Shown piece by piece: positions 38,740 through 47,901 of a stretch of 64,000 nt of DNA (positions within the stretch are counted from its first letter, which is position 1; every line of letters starts with the position of its first letter). This stretch comes from a virus. Taxonomy: Duplodnaviria > Caudoviricetes. The translations under genes were made by a program, and so were the position numbers. The notes under the pieces are model-generated. The model was given only the letters and a program-made list of their open reading frames with translations. It ran no database searches and had not been told where the DNA came from. The stretch lies in the IMG/VR virus record IMGVR_UViG_3300014205_000002, positions 128,001-192,000 of that record; one strand, written 5' to 3'.

Positions 38740-38768
38740 AGTTTACCCTAAAGCAAGCAGGCGGTAAA
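38740..38768 (-). promoter_or_regulatory. Sigma70-like promoter TTTACC-17-TAAACT (near-symmetric)
   Basis: Read from the minus strand; the plus strand reads TTTACC-17-TAAACC. Confidence 0.5.
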
Positions 38769-38771
38769 CCT

Positions 38772-41285
38772 TTACTTGCAGCGCGAGTAGCCGCAGGTCG
38801 GGTTGATGCACTTGGCACAGCCCTCGCCGTGGTCGAGACGGCTGCCGCAGTCGGGGCATTCGGGGGTTTCGCCCTGATCGAGGGCGTGCAGGTTGGCGGC
38901 GTGCTGGGCGTTCGGTGCTGGCGGCAGCGGAAGCGGCAGCGCGAGGCCCAGGGCGAAGGTCACGGCCTCGCGGGGCGCGAGATCGATCGGACCACCGGAC
39001 CAGGTGAGCGGCGCACGCCGGATCGCCTTGCCGATCGCATCTGGCACCGAGAGCACCTGGTTGTCGCCGAACCCCGAGGGGTCGGCCCCGCGGATGCCCA
39101 CCAGGGCATGCGAAATGTCCTCGACGGGCACGCGGTGCTGGAGTGCCAGGCTGATCAGCTTGCCGATGGCCTCGCCGAACGAGTTCAGTGTGCCGCCGGA
39201 GCGCCCGATGTTCGTCACGACCTCGCGCAAGCCCTCCTCGTCGTAGTTGAGGGTGGTGTAGAGCTTGCCCTCGCCGACCTGCTTGGTCATGGTGAAGCCC
39301 GTCAGGACCTCGGGCCTGATCCGTTTGCCCGCCCGCATCTCTGCCATCAGGCTATCGAGACGCGCCTGGAGTTCGGCGAGTTGGGGCGGCGGGGCGATCG
39401 CCGCGGGGGCGGTCACCTGGGTGAGCGAGAGCGGCTGTGCCTCGCGGGAGTTGTTGCGGTACACGGTGATGCCCTTGCAGCCCGTCTCGTAGGCCAGGTG
39501 GTAGGCTTCCTCGACGTCCGCCTCGGTCGCGCTCTCAGGGAAGTTGATCGTCTTGGAGATGGCCGAGTCGTTGAAGCGCTGGAAGGCGGCCTGGGTGTGA
39601 ACGTGCTGGGCCGGGCTGATGTCGTGGGTGGTGACGAAGATGCGCGCGAGGTTGAAGAGGATCTTCATCTCGCCCGTCGTGAAGAACAGGGCCCTATCAA
39701 AGGGGTTGTCCGCCACCAACTCGTTGAGCGAGCCGTGGTAGTGAGTGTCCAGCGCTTCGAAGACATAGGCGATGCGTGCGTCGTCGAAGCCCTTGGCCCG
39801 GAGCGCGTCTGCGAACACGCGATCGGCGTCGAACATGTGGGTATCGGCCTGGAAGCGCTTGAAGGCCAGCGCGAAGACGGGCTCGCAGCCGCCCGAGGTA
39901 TCGGCGATCATGGAGAGGGTGCCCGTGGGCGCGCAGGTCGTGGTGTTGGAGTTGCGCAGGCCGTGGATGTCGACTTCGTCGGCGAGCCAGTCGTAGCGGC
40001 AATCCTTGTGCTTGCCGGGGCGCGCGTGACGCTCCATCAGCATCTTGCGGAAGATGGCGTTGGACTCGGCTTCGTGGCCGATGCGCGCGGGGAAGACGCC
40101 ACGGGCCTTGCCTAACTCCAGGCTCTTGACCTTCGATTCGTAGTCGATGAAGCTCATGACCTCTTCGGCGAAGGCCAGGCCCTCGGGGCTACCGTAGGGG
40201 ATCTGGAGCTTGAACAGCGCCCGGGCGAAGCCCATTACGCCGAGGCCCGTCTTGCGGGTGGCGTTCGAGACCTCGGCGATCTCAGGGATCGGGTACTTGT
40301 TCGCGCTGATCACGTTGTCGAGCATGTGCGCCGAGGTGTGAACGACGCCGCGCAGACGCTCCCAGTCGAAGAATGTGCAGTCGGGGCCGCCCTGCGGCAT
40401 GTCCATGACGAACTGCTCCAGGTTGATCGAGCCGAGATTGCAGGATTCATAGGGGATTAGGGGCTGTTCGCCACAAGGATTGGTGGCCTCATACTTGCCC
40501 AACCAGGGCACGGGGCAATACTCGTTCATGCGGTCGATGAACACGATGCCCGGCTCACCCGTGGTCCAGGCGCGCTTGACGATCTCCTTGAAGACGGGCC
40601 GCGCGCGGATTCTGTCGGTATCCTGGCCTGTGCGCGGGTTGATCAGGTCGTAGTTGTTATCATGAACGACGGCGTCCATAAACCTGTCGGTGATCGCCAC
40701 GGAGATGTTGAAGTTCGTGAGTTTGGAGAGGTCTTCCTTGTGGCTGATGAAGCTCAGGATGTCCGGATGATTGACGCGGAGGATGCCCATGTTCGCGCCA
40801 CGGCGCATGCCGCCCTGCTTGATGCTCTCGGTGGCCGCGTTGAACACGTCCATGAACGAGATCGGACCCGAGCTCTCGCCCTTGGTGGACTGGACCATAT
40901 CCTTGGCCGGCCGCAGGCGCGAGAAGGCGAAGCCGGTGCCGCCGCCGGTCTGGTGGATCAGGGCGGCGTTCTTGATGGTTTCAAAGATGCCCGCGAGGTC
41001 GTCGGGTACAGGCAGGACGAAGCAGGCCGAGAGCTGGCCCGTGCGGGTGCCGGCGTTCGCCAGCGTGGGTGAGTTCGGCAGGAAGTCGCCGTCCCAGAGG
41101 AGTTGGAAGAACGCCTCCTCGACGAGCGCCGTCTGCTCGGGCGTCTGGCCATGTTGCAGTTCGACGGCTGCCAGTGTGCGCGCGACGCGCCGCATCATCT
41201 CGATGGGCAGTTCGATCAGGTTGCCTTGGGCATCCTTTTCAAGGTAGCGCTTCTCCAGTACGGTGATGCCGTTCTTGCTCAGCAT
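38772..41285 (-). CDS. nrdJ: Class II (adenosylcobalamin-dependent) ribonucleotide reductase
   Basis: PNSPTL, QLSACFV, TNPCGEQPL, CNLGSINL, APTGT; C-terminal extra domain and Cys tail; no beta subunit nearby. Confidence 0.92.
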   Translation of the reverse strand: MLSKNGITVLEKRYLEKDAQGNLIELPIEMMRRVARTLAAVELQHGQTPEQTALVEEAFFQLLWDGDFLPNSPTLANAGTRTGQLSACFVLPVPDDLAGIFETIKNAALIHQTGGGTGFAFSRLRPAKDMVQSTKGESSGPISFMDVFNAATESIKQGGMRRGANMGILRVNHPDILSFISHKEDLSKLTNFNISVAITDRFMDAVVHDNNYDLINPRTGQDTDRIRARPVFKEIVKRAWTTGEPGIVFIDRMNEYCPVPWLGKYEATNPCGEQPLIPYESCNLGSINLEQFVMDMPQGGPDCTFFDWERLRGVVHTSAHMLDNVISANKYPIPEIAEVSNATRKTGLGVMGFARALFKLQIPYGSPEGLAFAEEVMSFIDYESKVKSLELGKARGVFPARIGHEAESNAIFRKMLMERHARPGKHKDCRYDWLADEVDIHGLRNSNTTTCAPTGTLSMIADTSGGCEPVFALAFKRFQADTHMFDADRVFADALRAKGFDDARIAYVFEALDTHYHGSLNELVADNPFDRALFFTTGEMKILFNLARIFVTTHDISPAQHVHTQAAFQRFNDSAISKTINFPESATEADVEEAYHLAYETGCKGITVYRNNSREAQPLSLTQVTAPAAIAPPPQLAELQARLDSLMAEMRAGKRIRPEVLTGFTMTKQVGEGKLYTTLNYDEEGLREVVTNIGRSGGTLNSFGEAIGKLISLALQHRVPVEDISHALVGIRGADPSGFGDNQVLSVPDAIGKAIRRAPLTWSGGPIDLAPREAVTFALGLALPLPLPPAPNAQHAANLHALDQGETPECPDCGSRLDHGEGCAKCINPTCGYSRCK

Positions 41286-42247
41286 GCGTTGCCTTTCTGT
41301 ATCACGGCATCAGCGGCCGCGTATGCGTCGTCGAGGGTCTCCCAGCGCGTGCGTGTCTGGAAGCCAGCCGGCTCTCTCGACGGGTTGTGTTCGCGCTCCC
41401 ACTGTTCATCGTGGTTCAGTACGTAGCCGTCGCGGAGCACAACCCAGCCTTTGGCCTCGTGTTGGCCCCTTAAGGTTATGATATAGCCGTCGCCGAGGTC
41501 GATCGAATGGCGCTCTTTGAGCGGGTCTACCGGCTTTTCGCTGCTGATGCCCAGGCCGCGCCACTCGTCGGCGATCGGCAACTTGAGCAACTCCATTAGC
41601 CTGCTCGCGTCGTCGGGTTGAATGTCCACGCCAGCGGGGCTGAACAGGCGATCGAGCACCTTGATCAAGTGGCCGATGTAGTCGTCCGTTCGCGCGTAGT
41701 GGTCGATCAGCTGGATGCCGGGCATCGCTGAGACGCAGTCGATCCAGCTGGTGGTCTGCTCTAGGGTGGCGAGCAGATCGCCGGGATCGTTGCCGCGGAA
41801 GCTCTCCTCGGCCTTGGCGATCGCCGCACGCAGGCGCATGATCAGCGCACGTTGGGCGGCGGCCACGGTGTTCACGAGATTGCGCTTCTCCAGCGTTGCC
41901 CAGCCGACGTTGGCCTCCGTCAGGTAGCCGCGGCTCAACTCCGTCTGGCGCACGACGGCCTCCCAGCTGGGTACGCCAGCGGGCACGAGCCCGTAGATCG
42001 AGAAGGTGCTGACGGCATTCACGAGGCCCGCGAACTGGGTGCGCAACTCCGCGACCTCCTCGGCCACGGCCCTGCCAGGGTGACGTTCATCCTGGGTTAG
42101 CGACATGCGGGGCGTGCCGCCGAGGGCGACCACCTGGGCGGCGAGCAGGTCGACCAGGCCGTGGGCGCTCATGAGGTCGAGCTCAAGTATGTCGACATAG
42201 GCTGACTGCTCAATGCCGCCTTGCAGCAGGATGTCGTTGTCGGTCAT
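41279..42247 (-). CDS. Hypothetical protein
   Basis: ATGA overlap. Confidence 0.65.
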   Translation of the reverse strand: MTDNDILLQGGIEQSAYVDILELDLMSAHGLVDLLAAQVVALGGTPRMSLTQDERHPGRAVAEEVAELRTQFAGLVNAVSTFSIYGLVPAGVPSWEAVVRQTELSRGYLTEANVGWATLEKRNLVNTVAAAQRALIMRLRAAIAKAEESFRGNDPGDLLATLEQTTSWIDCVSAMPGIQLIDHYARTDDYIGHLIKVLDRLFSPAGVDIQPDDASRLMELLKLPIADEWRGLGISSEKPVDPLKERHSIDLGDGYIITLRGQHEAKGWVVLRDGYVLNHDEQWEREHNPSREPAGFQTRTRWETLDDAYAAADAVIQKGNAC

Positions 42248-43398
42248 GCCGGCACCTGGGCGAAATGGGCCTCGATCGCGTCCGGTAGCATCAATGGGTC
42301 AAGCACACCCAGATACTGCATGATCAGCGCGGTGGACGAGCTGAGGGCGATCGCCTGCTCCAGCTGGCGTTGATTGACGAAGCCCTGGCTCCAGGCGACC
42401 ATGGCCCGGGCGCTGGCCTGCGGCCCGGTGTAGGGATTGGCCTCCTGGGTCAGGCCTGCCACGGCGGCCTCCGCACCCTGGCGGTGAGCCTGTTCAACGC
42501 CCACGACCTGCCGGAGATCCTCGCTGCTCGTGAACAGGCGCTCGCGCACCTTGGCGTAGAGCACCCGGTAGCGCGAGAGGCAGCGCATGATTCGCTCGAA
42601 GTTGGTGCCGGCCTGTTCAGTCTCGGGCTCTCCCCGCAGCGCGTCGGCGATCAGGGCGTCGCGATACGACAAGGCATCCTTCGCCATGCCGGCCTCGGAC
42701 ACGGCGGCGGCCTCGCGGCTGCGGGCGATTGCAAGTTCACCGGTACTCGCGAGGGCCTCAGCGCGCACCAGCTCCGTGCTGGCCTTGAGCGTCTCGATCG
42801 CCTTGGTTAGCTGTTCGCTCTCGGCCAGTAGCTCGCAGACGCGCTGCTCGGCAGACTCCGCGCGCTCCTCTTGGGTGCGGATCTGGTCGATATACTGCGC
42901 CTCAATGGGCGTGGCTCCGCCGGTGCCGTAGGCCAGGAAGTTGTCGAGGAAAGCGTTGTAGCCATCGCAGCTGCGGCCATTGAGTGCTTCTTCGACCATT
43001 TCCTGGCGGTCAAGTGGGAGGAGTGCTCCGTTGTAGAGGCCGTTGAGCAGGCATTCATAGTGGAGCTTGCGCAGCACGGGCTTGAGGATGGCGCTGCCCG
43101 ATAGCTCGGCGCGCAGGAGCTGGTTCTCCTTGGCGAGTTGGCCGTAGCTGAGTTCGTAGTTGCGTATCGTGTCGAGCGCGCCAGCGAGGTAGCGACCAGC
43201 CTCTTCGGAACCGGCCGCGAGCTGCTTAATCAGCGCCGTGAGGTCCTGGCGGGTGAGGTGTTTGAGGTTCTCTCCCTGGTTCGTGTGGCGCTGCACCAAC
43301 TCGGGGATGCCGGCGATCGCCGCCTGGACCACCATGAGCGGGCTGGTGAAGTGGCCGTTGGTCACAACGACGGGGATGTCGGGGGTAGATTCACTCAT
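42244..43398 (-). CDS. Coiled-coil hypothetical protein
   Basis: SD AAGGAG, ATGA overlaps. Confidence 0.7.
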   Translation of the reverse strand: MSESTPDIPVVVTNGHFTSPLMVVQAAIAGIPELVQRHTNQGENLKHLTRQDLTALIKQLAAGSEEAGRYLAGALDTIRNYELSYGQLAKENQLLRAELSGSAILKPVLRKLHYECLLNGLYNGALLPLDRQEMVEEALNGRSCDGYNAFLDNFLAYGTGGATPIEAQYIDQIRTQEERAESAEQRVCELLAESEQLTKAIETLKASTELVRAEALASTGELAIARSREAAAVSEAGMAKDALSYRDALIADALRGEPETEQAGTNFERIMRCLSRYRVLYAKVRERLFTSSEDLRQVVGVEQAHRQGAEAAVAGLTQEANPYTGPQASARAMVAWSQGFVNQRQLEQAIALSSSTALIMQYLGVLDPLMLPDAIEAHFAQVPA

Positions 43399-44261
43399 GA
43401 GGCTTGTAGCTCCTTGCGTTGCTTGCGCAGCATGGACTGGTAGGTGAGCACGGAACTGACGTCCGCAAAGCCCAGCTGCTGCTTGATGTCGTGGGGGTCC
43501 TGATTGGCTTCGAGGAGTTCGATGATGCGGCTCGCGCGCATCACCTGGGGGGTCAACTGGGGCGTCTGTGCGCCCGCGGCGTTGCGTACGATCAGCCAGA
43601 CGACATGCCGGCTGATCATGCCGCCCTTCATACCGTAGAACATGAGGTCCTTGCGCGAGGCCGACTTCGGGACGGCGCGCACCTGGGCGTAGGCTACATA
43701 GGCCTCTTGGGCGATCGCGTCCAGCACCAGGAGGTCGTCGCGCTCCGCACTGACGAACAGCAAGGAGCCGGACCGAAAGAGGCTCTCGCCGTCGCCGGCG
43801 GCGTTGAAGCGCATGGCCTGAATTTCACCGGGCCGTATGCCCAGCCGGAACAACTCCATGATGAAGCGCCGCGAGGTGCCGAGGTGGTAGCGCGCGCAGG
43901 CCTCGGTGATCGCATCAGGGGGGTAGAAGGCGCTGTCCTTGCCGTCTGGACTCGGCCACTCCACGTCATGCAGCAGCGCCGTGTCCAGTTGGCCCCGCTC
44001 GATGTGGTGGCGCAGGAAGCCGCGCAGGGCGGCCCCCTTGCGTGTGGCGGTGTTCGGCCTGGCCCGGCGGCGGGTGTGGGTCATGTAAGCCGCCAGAATC
44101 TGGCTGGAGAGGTCGCCGAGATCCCGTGCGTCCGGGCAGTGCTCTGCGAGGTACTGAGTGAAGTCGGCGAGGTCCCCGCTGTAGGCGCTCGTGGTCGCGA
44201 CCGCCTTGTTCTGCTCGATCAGCTCGTTGACGTAGGCCTGGGTGGACTGAACGATGTTCAC
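43395..44261 (-). CDS. XerC/D-like tyrosine recombinase, catalytically degenerate
   Basis: TTSAYSGDL, ALRGFLR, GIRPGEI, TPQVMRAS, LGFADVSSVLTY. Confidence 0.8.
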   Translation of the reverse strand: MNIVQSTQAYVNELIEQNKAVATTSAYSGDLADFTQYLAEHCPDARDLGDLSSQILAAYMTHTRRRARPNTATRKGAALRGFLRHHIERGQLDTALLHDVEWPSPDGKDSAFYPPDAITEACARYHLGTSRRFIMELFRLGIRPGEIQAMRFNAAGDGESLFRSGSLLFVSAERDDLLVLDAIAQEAYVAYAQVRAVPKSASRKDLMFYGMKGGMISRHVVWLIVRNAAGAQTPQLTPQVMRASRIIELLEANQDPHDIKQQLGFADVSSVLTYQSMLRKQRKELQAS

Positions 44262-44611
44262 AGCTTTTTTCCTCGCTCCTGGCCGATCTTGACGAGCACG
44301 TCGAAGCGGCGGCAAGCGTCCTCGAACATGGGCCCGACGACGGCGCATTCGGTGTCCTGCATGTACAGGTTTGCGATCATGGCCTTCTGGCCCGTGGTGA
44401 CGCCGTCACCGACCCAGAGCGCCCATTCCTGGTTGAAGTTGTCCTTGGTCATGGCCCTGAGCGCGTCCTCGGAGAACGACTCGATGTCGCGATCCTCTTC
44501 GGTCTCGATCGCCGCCGGGATGTCCCAGATGGGGAAGGGAACAAGAGAGCCCTTCTTCTCCTTCTTCTCCGCCGGCGCTTTCGGCTTACTGGCGACGGAT
44601 CGTCTTGCCAT
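44258..44611 (-). CDS. Hypothetical protein
   Basis: Coupled starts and stops. Confidence 0.65.
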   Translation of the reverse strand: MARRSVASKPKAPAEKKEKKGSLVPFPIWDIPAAIETEEDRDIESFSEDALRAMTKDNFNQEWALWVGDGVTTGQKAMIANLYMQDTECAVVGPMFEDACRRFDVLVKIGQERGKKL

Positions 44612-44850
44612 CAGGATTGGCCCTTCTCAAAAGCGCGCTTACTGGAGCACATGCGACTGAACGCCAGCTCGATCGCGTTCTCTGGTGAGACGCTGCCCGC
44701 GCTGCCGCTGCGCCCGAGGTCATCGGCGATCATCACCATCACGCCACCCTTGGGCATGGTCGTGAGCGTGAACGCGACGATGGCGAAGGGGTAGTTGGCG
44801 GTCTTCTGAGCCAGGTGAGCGAAGTAGCGGTTGACCGACATCCACACCAC
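44611..44850 (-). CDS. Hypothetical protein
   Basis: TGATG coupling. Confidence 0.55.
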   Translation of the reverse strand: MVWMSVNRYFAHLAQKTANYPFAIVAFTLTTMPKGGVMVMIADDLGRSGSAGSVSPENAIELAFSRMCSSKRAFEKGQS

Positions 44851-44873
44851 CTTACGAAGATTAGTCGGGCCGC

Positions 44874-45098
44874 CTAGCGGCTACCCAGGACCCGCAGGAC
44901 TCGACGCTCGGTTTGGCGATCCAGCGTTCCCGCAAAGAGCCGCCGCATCTCGTCTTCCATTCGCGCCGCTGTGGATTGTTGGTCCGACCAACGGGGGGAT
45001 TCAAGTATCCCATCTACGGGGGAGAAAGGCAACGTTACGTCTACCGAAACATTGGTCGGACCATCGTCAGAGCCGACGAAAAACGCATCACCTTTCAC
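44874..45098 (-). CDS. Small hypothetical protein
   Basis: SD GGAGG, GTGA overlap. Confidence 0.5.
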   Translation of the reverse strand: MKGDAFFVGSDDGPTNVSVDVTLPFSPVDGILESPRWSDQQSTAARMEDEMRRLFAGTLDRQTERRVLRVLGSR

Positions 45099-45373
45099 TG
45101 AAACTCCTCCGTAAGATCGGGCTGGTCAAAGCTCTCGGCGGGGCGATCGCTGGGGGTGTCCGCGAGTATGACGTAGAGCGGGTCCTGGGCCCAGTTGTTT
45201 ATCTCGGCTTCGGTGAAGTCATTGAGGACATCAGGCCTGTGTCCGGTAGTGAAGAGGATCGTAGCGGGCTCGACCTTGATCACTGGTGGGTTGACCACCG
45301 CCATCTCCGCAGGATTGAGGACGGTCTTGTTCGGGCCCTGCCTGCCCATGAGTTGGCGCATGAAGTCAGTCAT
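45095..45373 (-). CDS. Small protein with C-terminal SDRPAESFDQPDLTEEF motif
   Basis: Translation. Confidence 0.6.
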   Translation of the reverse strand: MTDFMRQLMGRQGPNKTVLNPAEMAVVNPPVIKVEPATILFTTGHRPDVLNDFTEAEINNWAQDPLYVILADTPSDRPAESFDQPDLTEEFQ

Positions 45374-45587
45374 CGGCGAGATCCGGATAGGCGGCAACGA
45401 GATGGCGAACGTGCGGCCGCCGCGGCGGCTCGACCGCGGCCATGCGTACCGAGAGGTCTTGAACGGCCTCGACGACGTTTGTGCCGGCTGGGTAGTATCC
45501 GGTGCTGTCGTCGATCTGGAGCCTGTCGGGGTTCAAGGGGTTCTCCGTTACCCATACGGTCTCAGGGCGACCATTGTCCCCGAGCAT
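45366..45587 (-). CDS. Small hypothetical protein
   Basis: TAATG coupling. Confidence 0.55.
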   Translation of the reverse strand: MLGDNGRPETVWVTENPLNPDRLQIDDSTGYYPAGTNVVEAVQDLSVRMAAVEPPRRPHVRHLVAAYPDLADD

Positions 45588-45763
45588 TACAGGAACGTCT
45601 CGGTCATGTCGGGGGCGGCGAAGCTGTCGGCGGGGCGATCGCTGGGCCCAGGTCCAACCACGAAGCGCTGGGAGATGCGGGTGACGGGCATGTCGAGATG
45701 CATATTGATGGTGACCTTCTCGACCTGGTCGTCCTGGGCGTCGGTCCAGCTGAATTCAGCCAC
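45587..45763 (-). CDS. 58-aa protein with C-terminal SDRPADSFAAPDMTETF motif (not in ORF track)
   Basis: SD GAGGAG plus GTG start; translated by hand. Confidence 0.6.
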   Translation of the reverse strand: MAEFSWTDAQDDQVEKVTINMHLDMPVTRISQRFVVGPGPSDRPADSFAAPDMTETFL

Positions 45764-45920
45764 AAGTCATCTCCTCGGTCAGGTCGGGGGTGGTGAAGCT
45801 CGCGGGCGGGCGCGGGCTTTTGGGAGGGAACAGCCGGTCCATCCCTTGCAGGTCATTCATCAAGTCTTCCGCGGCCTTGATCTGAGCGGACGTGACGGGG
45901 CGTTCGCGATTCGGGGTCAT
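45756..45920 (-). CDS. 54-aa protein with C-terminal SPRPPASFTTPDLTEEM motif
   Basis: SD AAGGAG, TGATG coupling. Confidence 0.6.
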   Translation of the reverse strand: MTPNRERPVTSAQIKAAEDLMNDLQGMDRLFPPKSPRPPASFTTPDLTEEMTCG

Positions 45921-46462
45921 CAACGGGGCGCTCCTTGAGGCTGAGGGGCTTCTGAATCCGCGAAAGCTTGCGCCATGACCAGGCACCAGGGTACCTCCTG
46001 CATGTGGTCGGTGGCGGCCTTGATCAGCGCGGCACCGACGGCATGGTTCATGGCGTAGGGGCTGAACCCATTGATGACGGCACGCTTGCCGGCCAGGGTG
46101 AGCTTGGCATGACAGGTCGGCCCGCTCTGTGCGGTGTGGATGTCGGCGACCAGCTCCGCCATGCCCGCCTCGCGCACGACGTCCCAGAAGCCTTCGGAAC
46201 AGGCTGCGTCGTACTCGATGGCCGGCATCTGGGCCTTGCACCACTTGGCGATCGCGTCGACCCGTACATCATAGACGACTGACCAGCCTTCTGGCCGCTT
46301 GATCTCGTTGATGACGCGCCCATGCAGACCTTTCATCACCTCGGCGTGCATCAGGTCGCGGGCCCGCACCCGCTTCGAGCGGCCCGTCGCGACGAGCTGC
46401 ACGTAGCCGTGGGCCTTCACGCTCGCGACCACCGCCATCCGGAGGAGATCGGCGGGCGTCAT
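45920..46462 (-). CDS. Hypothetical protein
   Basis: ATGA overlap. Confidence 0.65.
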   Translation of the reverse strand: MTPADLLRMAVVASVKAHGYVQLVATGRSKRVRARDLMHAEVMKGLHGRVINEIKRPEGWSVVYDVRVDAIAKWCKAQMPAIEYDAACSEGFWDVVREAGMAELVADIHTAQSGPTCHAKLTLAGKRAVINGFSPYAMNHAVGAALIKAATDHMQEVPWCLVMAQAFADSEAPQPQGAPR

Positions 46463-46857
46463 ATCACCATCACCGTGAGGCCTGCCCAGGCGGGCGGGGG
46501 CTCGGCGCGGAAGCTCTCGGTCAGGTCGGGCACACTCTGGGCGATCGCCTGCGTGATCGACGCACCCTTGGCGGCCGGTTGGCCGATCTTCGCGCCCTGG
46601 GCGAGCAGCGTCTCGCCCGTCATCGGCGGCGTCGTGAAGGACACGGCATGGCCGAGATCCTTCCAGTCCACGTCCTTGCGCAGGATCAGGCCATTGGCGA
46701 AGACCATCAGGGGGGTGAACTCAGGCGGGAGCGCGAATACGGACGTCTTGTCGTCACCCTCGCCGAGCGGAACCGGGCCGAACTGATCCAGCTTCAAGCG
46801 ATTCAGTGGGATTGAGTCTTCGGCGATGCGCGTCCCCAGCACCATGGGCGTGATCAT
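46459..46857 (-). CDS. Stand-alone tail/baseplate-type beta-sandwich domain protein
   Basis: GEGDDKTSVFAL...VFANG...DW...VSFTTPP..GETL pattern. Confidence 0.5.
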   Translation of the reverse strand: MITPMVLGTRIAEDSIPLNRLKLDQFGPVPLGEGDDKTSVFALPPEFTPLMVFANGLILRKDVDWKDLGHAVSFTTPPMTGETLLAQGAKIGQPAAKGASITQAIAQSVPDLTESFRAEPPPAWAGLTVMVI

Positions 46858-47558
46858 ATCGCGAGCCCATGCTTGAGCGGGAACTGCTGGGCCACACCGA
46901 GACAGTGATAGCAGAGGTAGCTCGCCGGGTCCTCATAGCTGAGGACTTGTGCGAGGTGAGGCTTACAGAGGGCGTCGCCGGCCTTGAGCTGGCGCTTGCG
47001 GGCGTCGCCGACCCACCTTACATTCGTGTCGACCGTAAGGTGGCCGACGCCGACCCTGGTGACTGCGAGGCTTACGCCGACAGGCAGAGCCGGCACAAGG
47101 TCGCGCAGCTTCTCCTTGCCTGCGAAGTCTTTGAGGCGATTCATCATCGCCTGGGTGTGCAGGGTGACGGCCCGTTGGGTGTCGAGGTAGCGAATGTGGG
47201 CCTCGGCGTAGGCCAAAAGCGTGGGGTAAGGCTTGGGGGCGTCGGTGGTTTTTCCGTTCGCGTAGAAGTAGCTGTGGGGGTTCTTGACGGCATCGTGAAC
47301 GCCGAGCCAGTGTGCCTTCGCCTGGTCGTATGAGAGATTGTTCAGCATACTGCGAAAGCCGTTGGTCTTGGGTTTCGGCAGGCTATTAGCACGCTTGAGA
47401 TAGACACCAAGCGTCTTGCCGCTGGCGTCGCAGTGGCTAGCGCTCGCGTAGCCGGTCTGCACGAGGACCTCCCCAGGACCGAATGAGCGCTTGGGGATCG
47501 CTTCGACCCAGGTAGGCGAGCTTGAGGGCGCAGAGCTGGCGAGTGACGTGGTTGGCAT
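46854..47558 (-). CDS. Hypothetical protein with C-terminal Cys/His site
   Basis: SD GAGGAG. Confidence 0.6.
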   Translation of the reverse strand: MPTTSLASSAPSSSPTWVEAIPKRSFGPGEVLVQTGYASASHCDASGKTLGVYLKRANSLPKPKTNGFRSMLNNLSYDQAKAHWLGVHDAVKNPHSYFYANGKTTDAPKPYPTLLAYAEAHIRYLDTQRAVTLHTQAMMNRLKDFAGKEKLRDLVPALPVGVSLAVTRVGVGHLTVDTNVRWVGDARKRQLKAGDALCKPHLAQVLSYEDPASYLCYHCLGVAQQFPLKHGLAI

Positions 47559-47901
47559 GGCAGCGGCCCTCCTCGGACCAATTGATCAGACTGCGTTTCA
47601 CCCAAAGGTCAATGGCGTTGTGAAGCAGGTTGGACATAGCACGCAGCGTGTGGACCGCGACACTGTCGGCGATCGGGATGTCACCGCGCTTGAGGCCAGT
47701 TCGGATGGGTACGTCGGCCGGGCAGAACACGTCGTAGCTGATGGTGATCGACCGATCTTTGGCCGGCGGCTTATCTAGCGTGACGCTCCCGCTTTTGGGA
47801 TCGATCATGAGGAGATTGAAGTGGTAGCCATCCCAGGTGTGGGCCCAGTCGCCGGCGTACCACAGCAGCGTCTTGCCGTCGGGGGCGAGTCCGATGCTCA
47901 C
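47437..47901 (-). CDS. Hypothetical protein
   Basis: Starts right after the upstream stop codon. Confidence 0.5.
   Translation of the reverse strand: MSIGLAPDGKTLLWYAGDWAHTWDGYHFNLLMIDPKSGSVTLDKPPAKDRSITISYDVFCPADVPIRTGLKRGDIPIADSVAVHTLRAMSNLLHNAIDLWVKRSLINWSEEGRCHANHVTRQLCALKLAYLGRSDPQALIRSWGGPRADRLRER

Noticed and set aside
38772-41285. Intein or intron in nrdJ, thyX or sbcC
   Set aside because: Lengths and motif spacing are normal; no intein C...HN termini or homing endonuclease motifs
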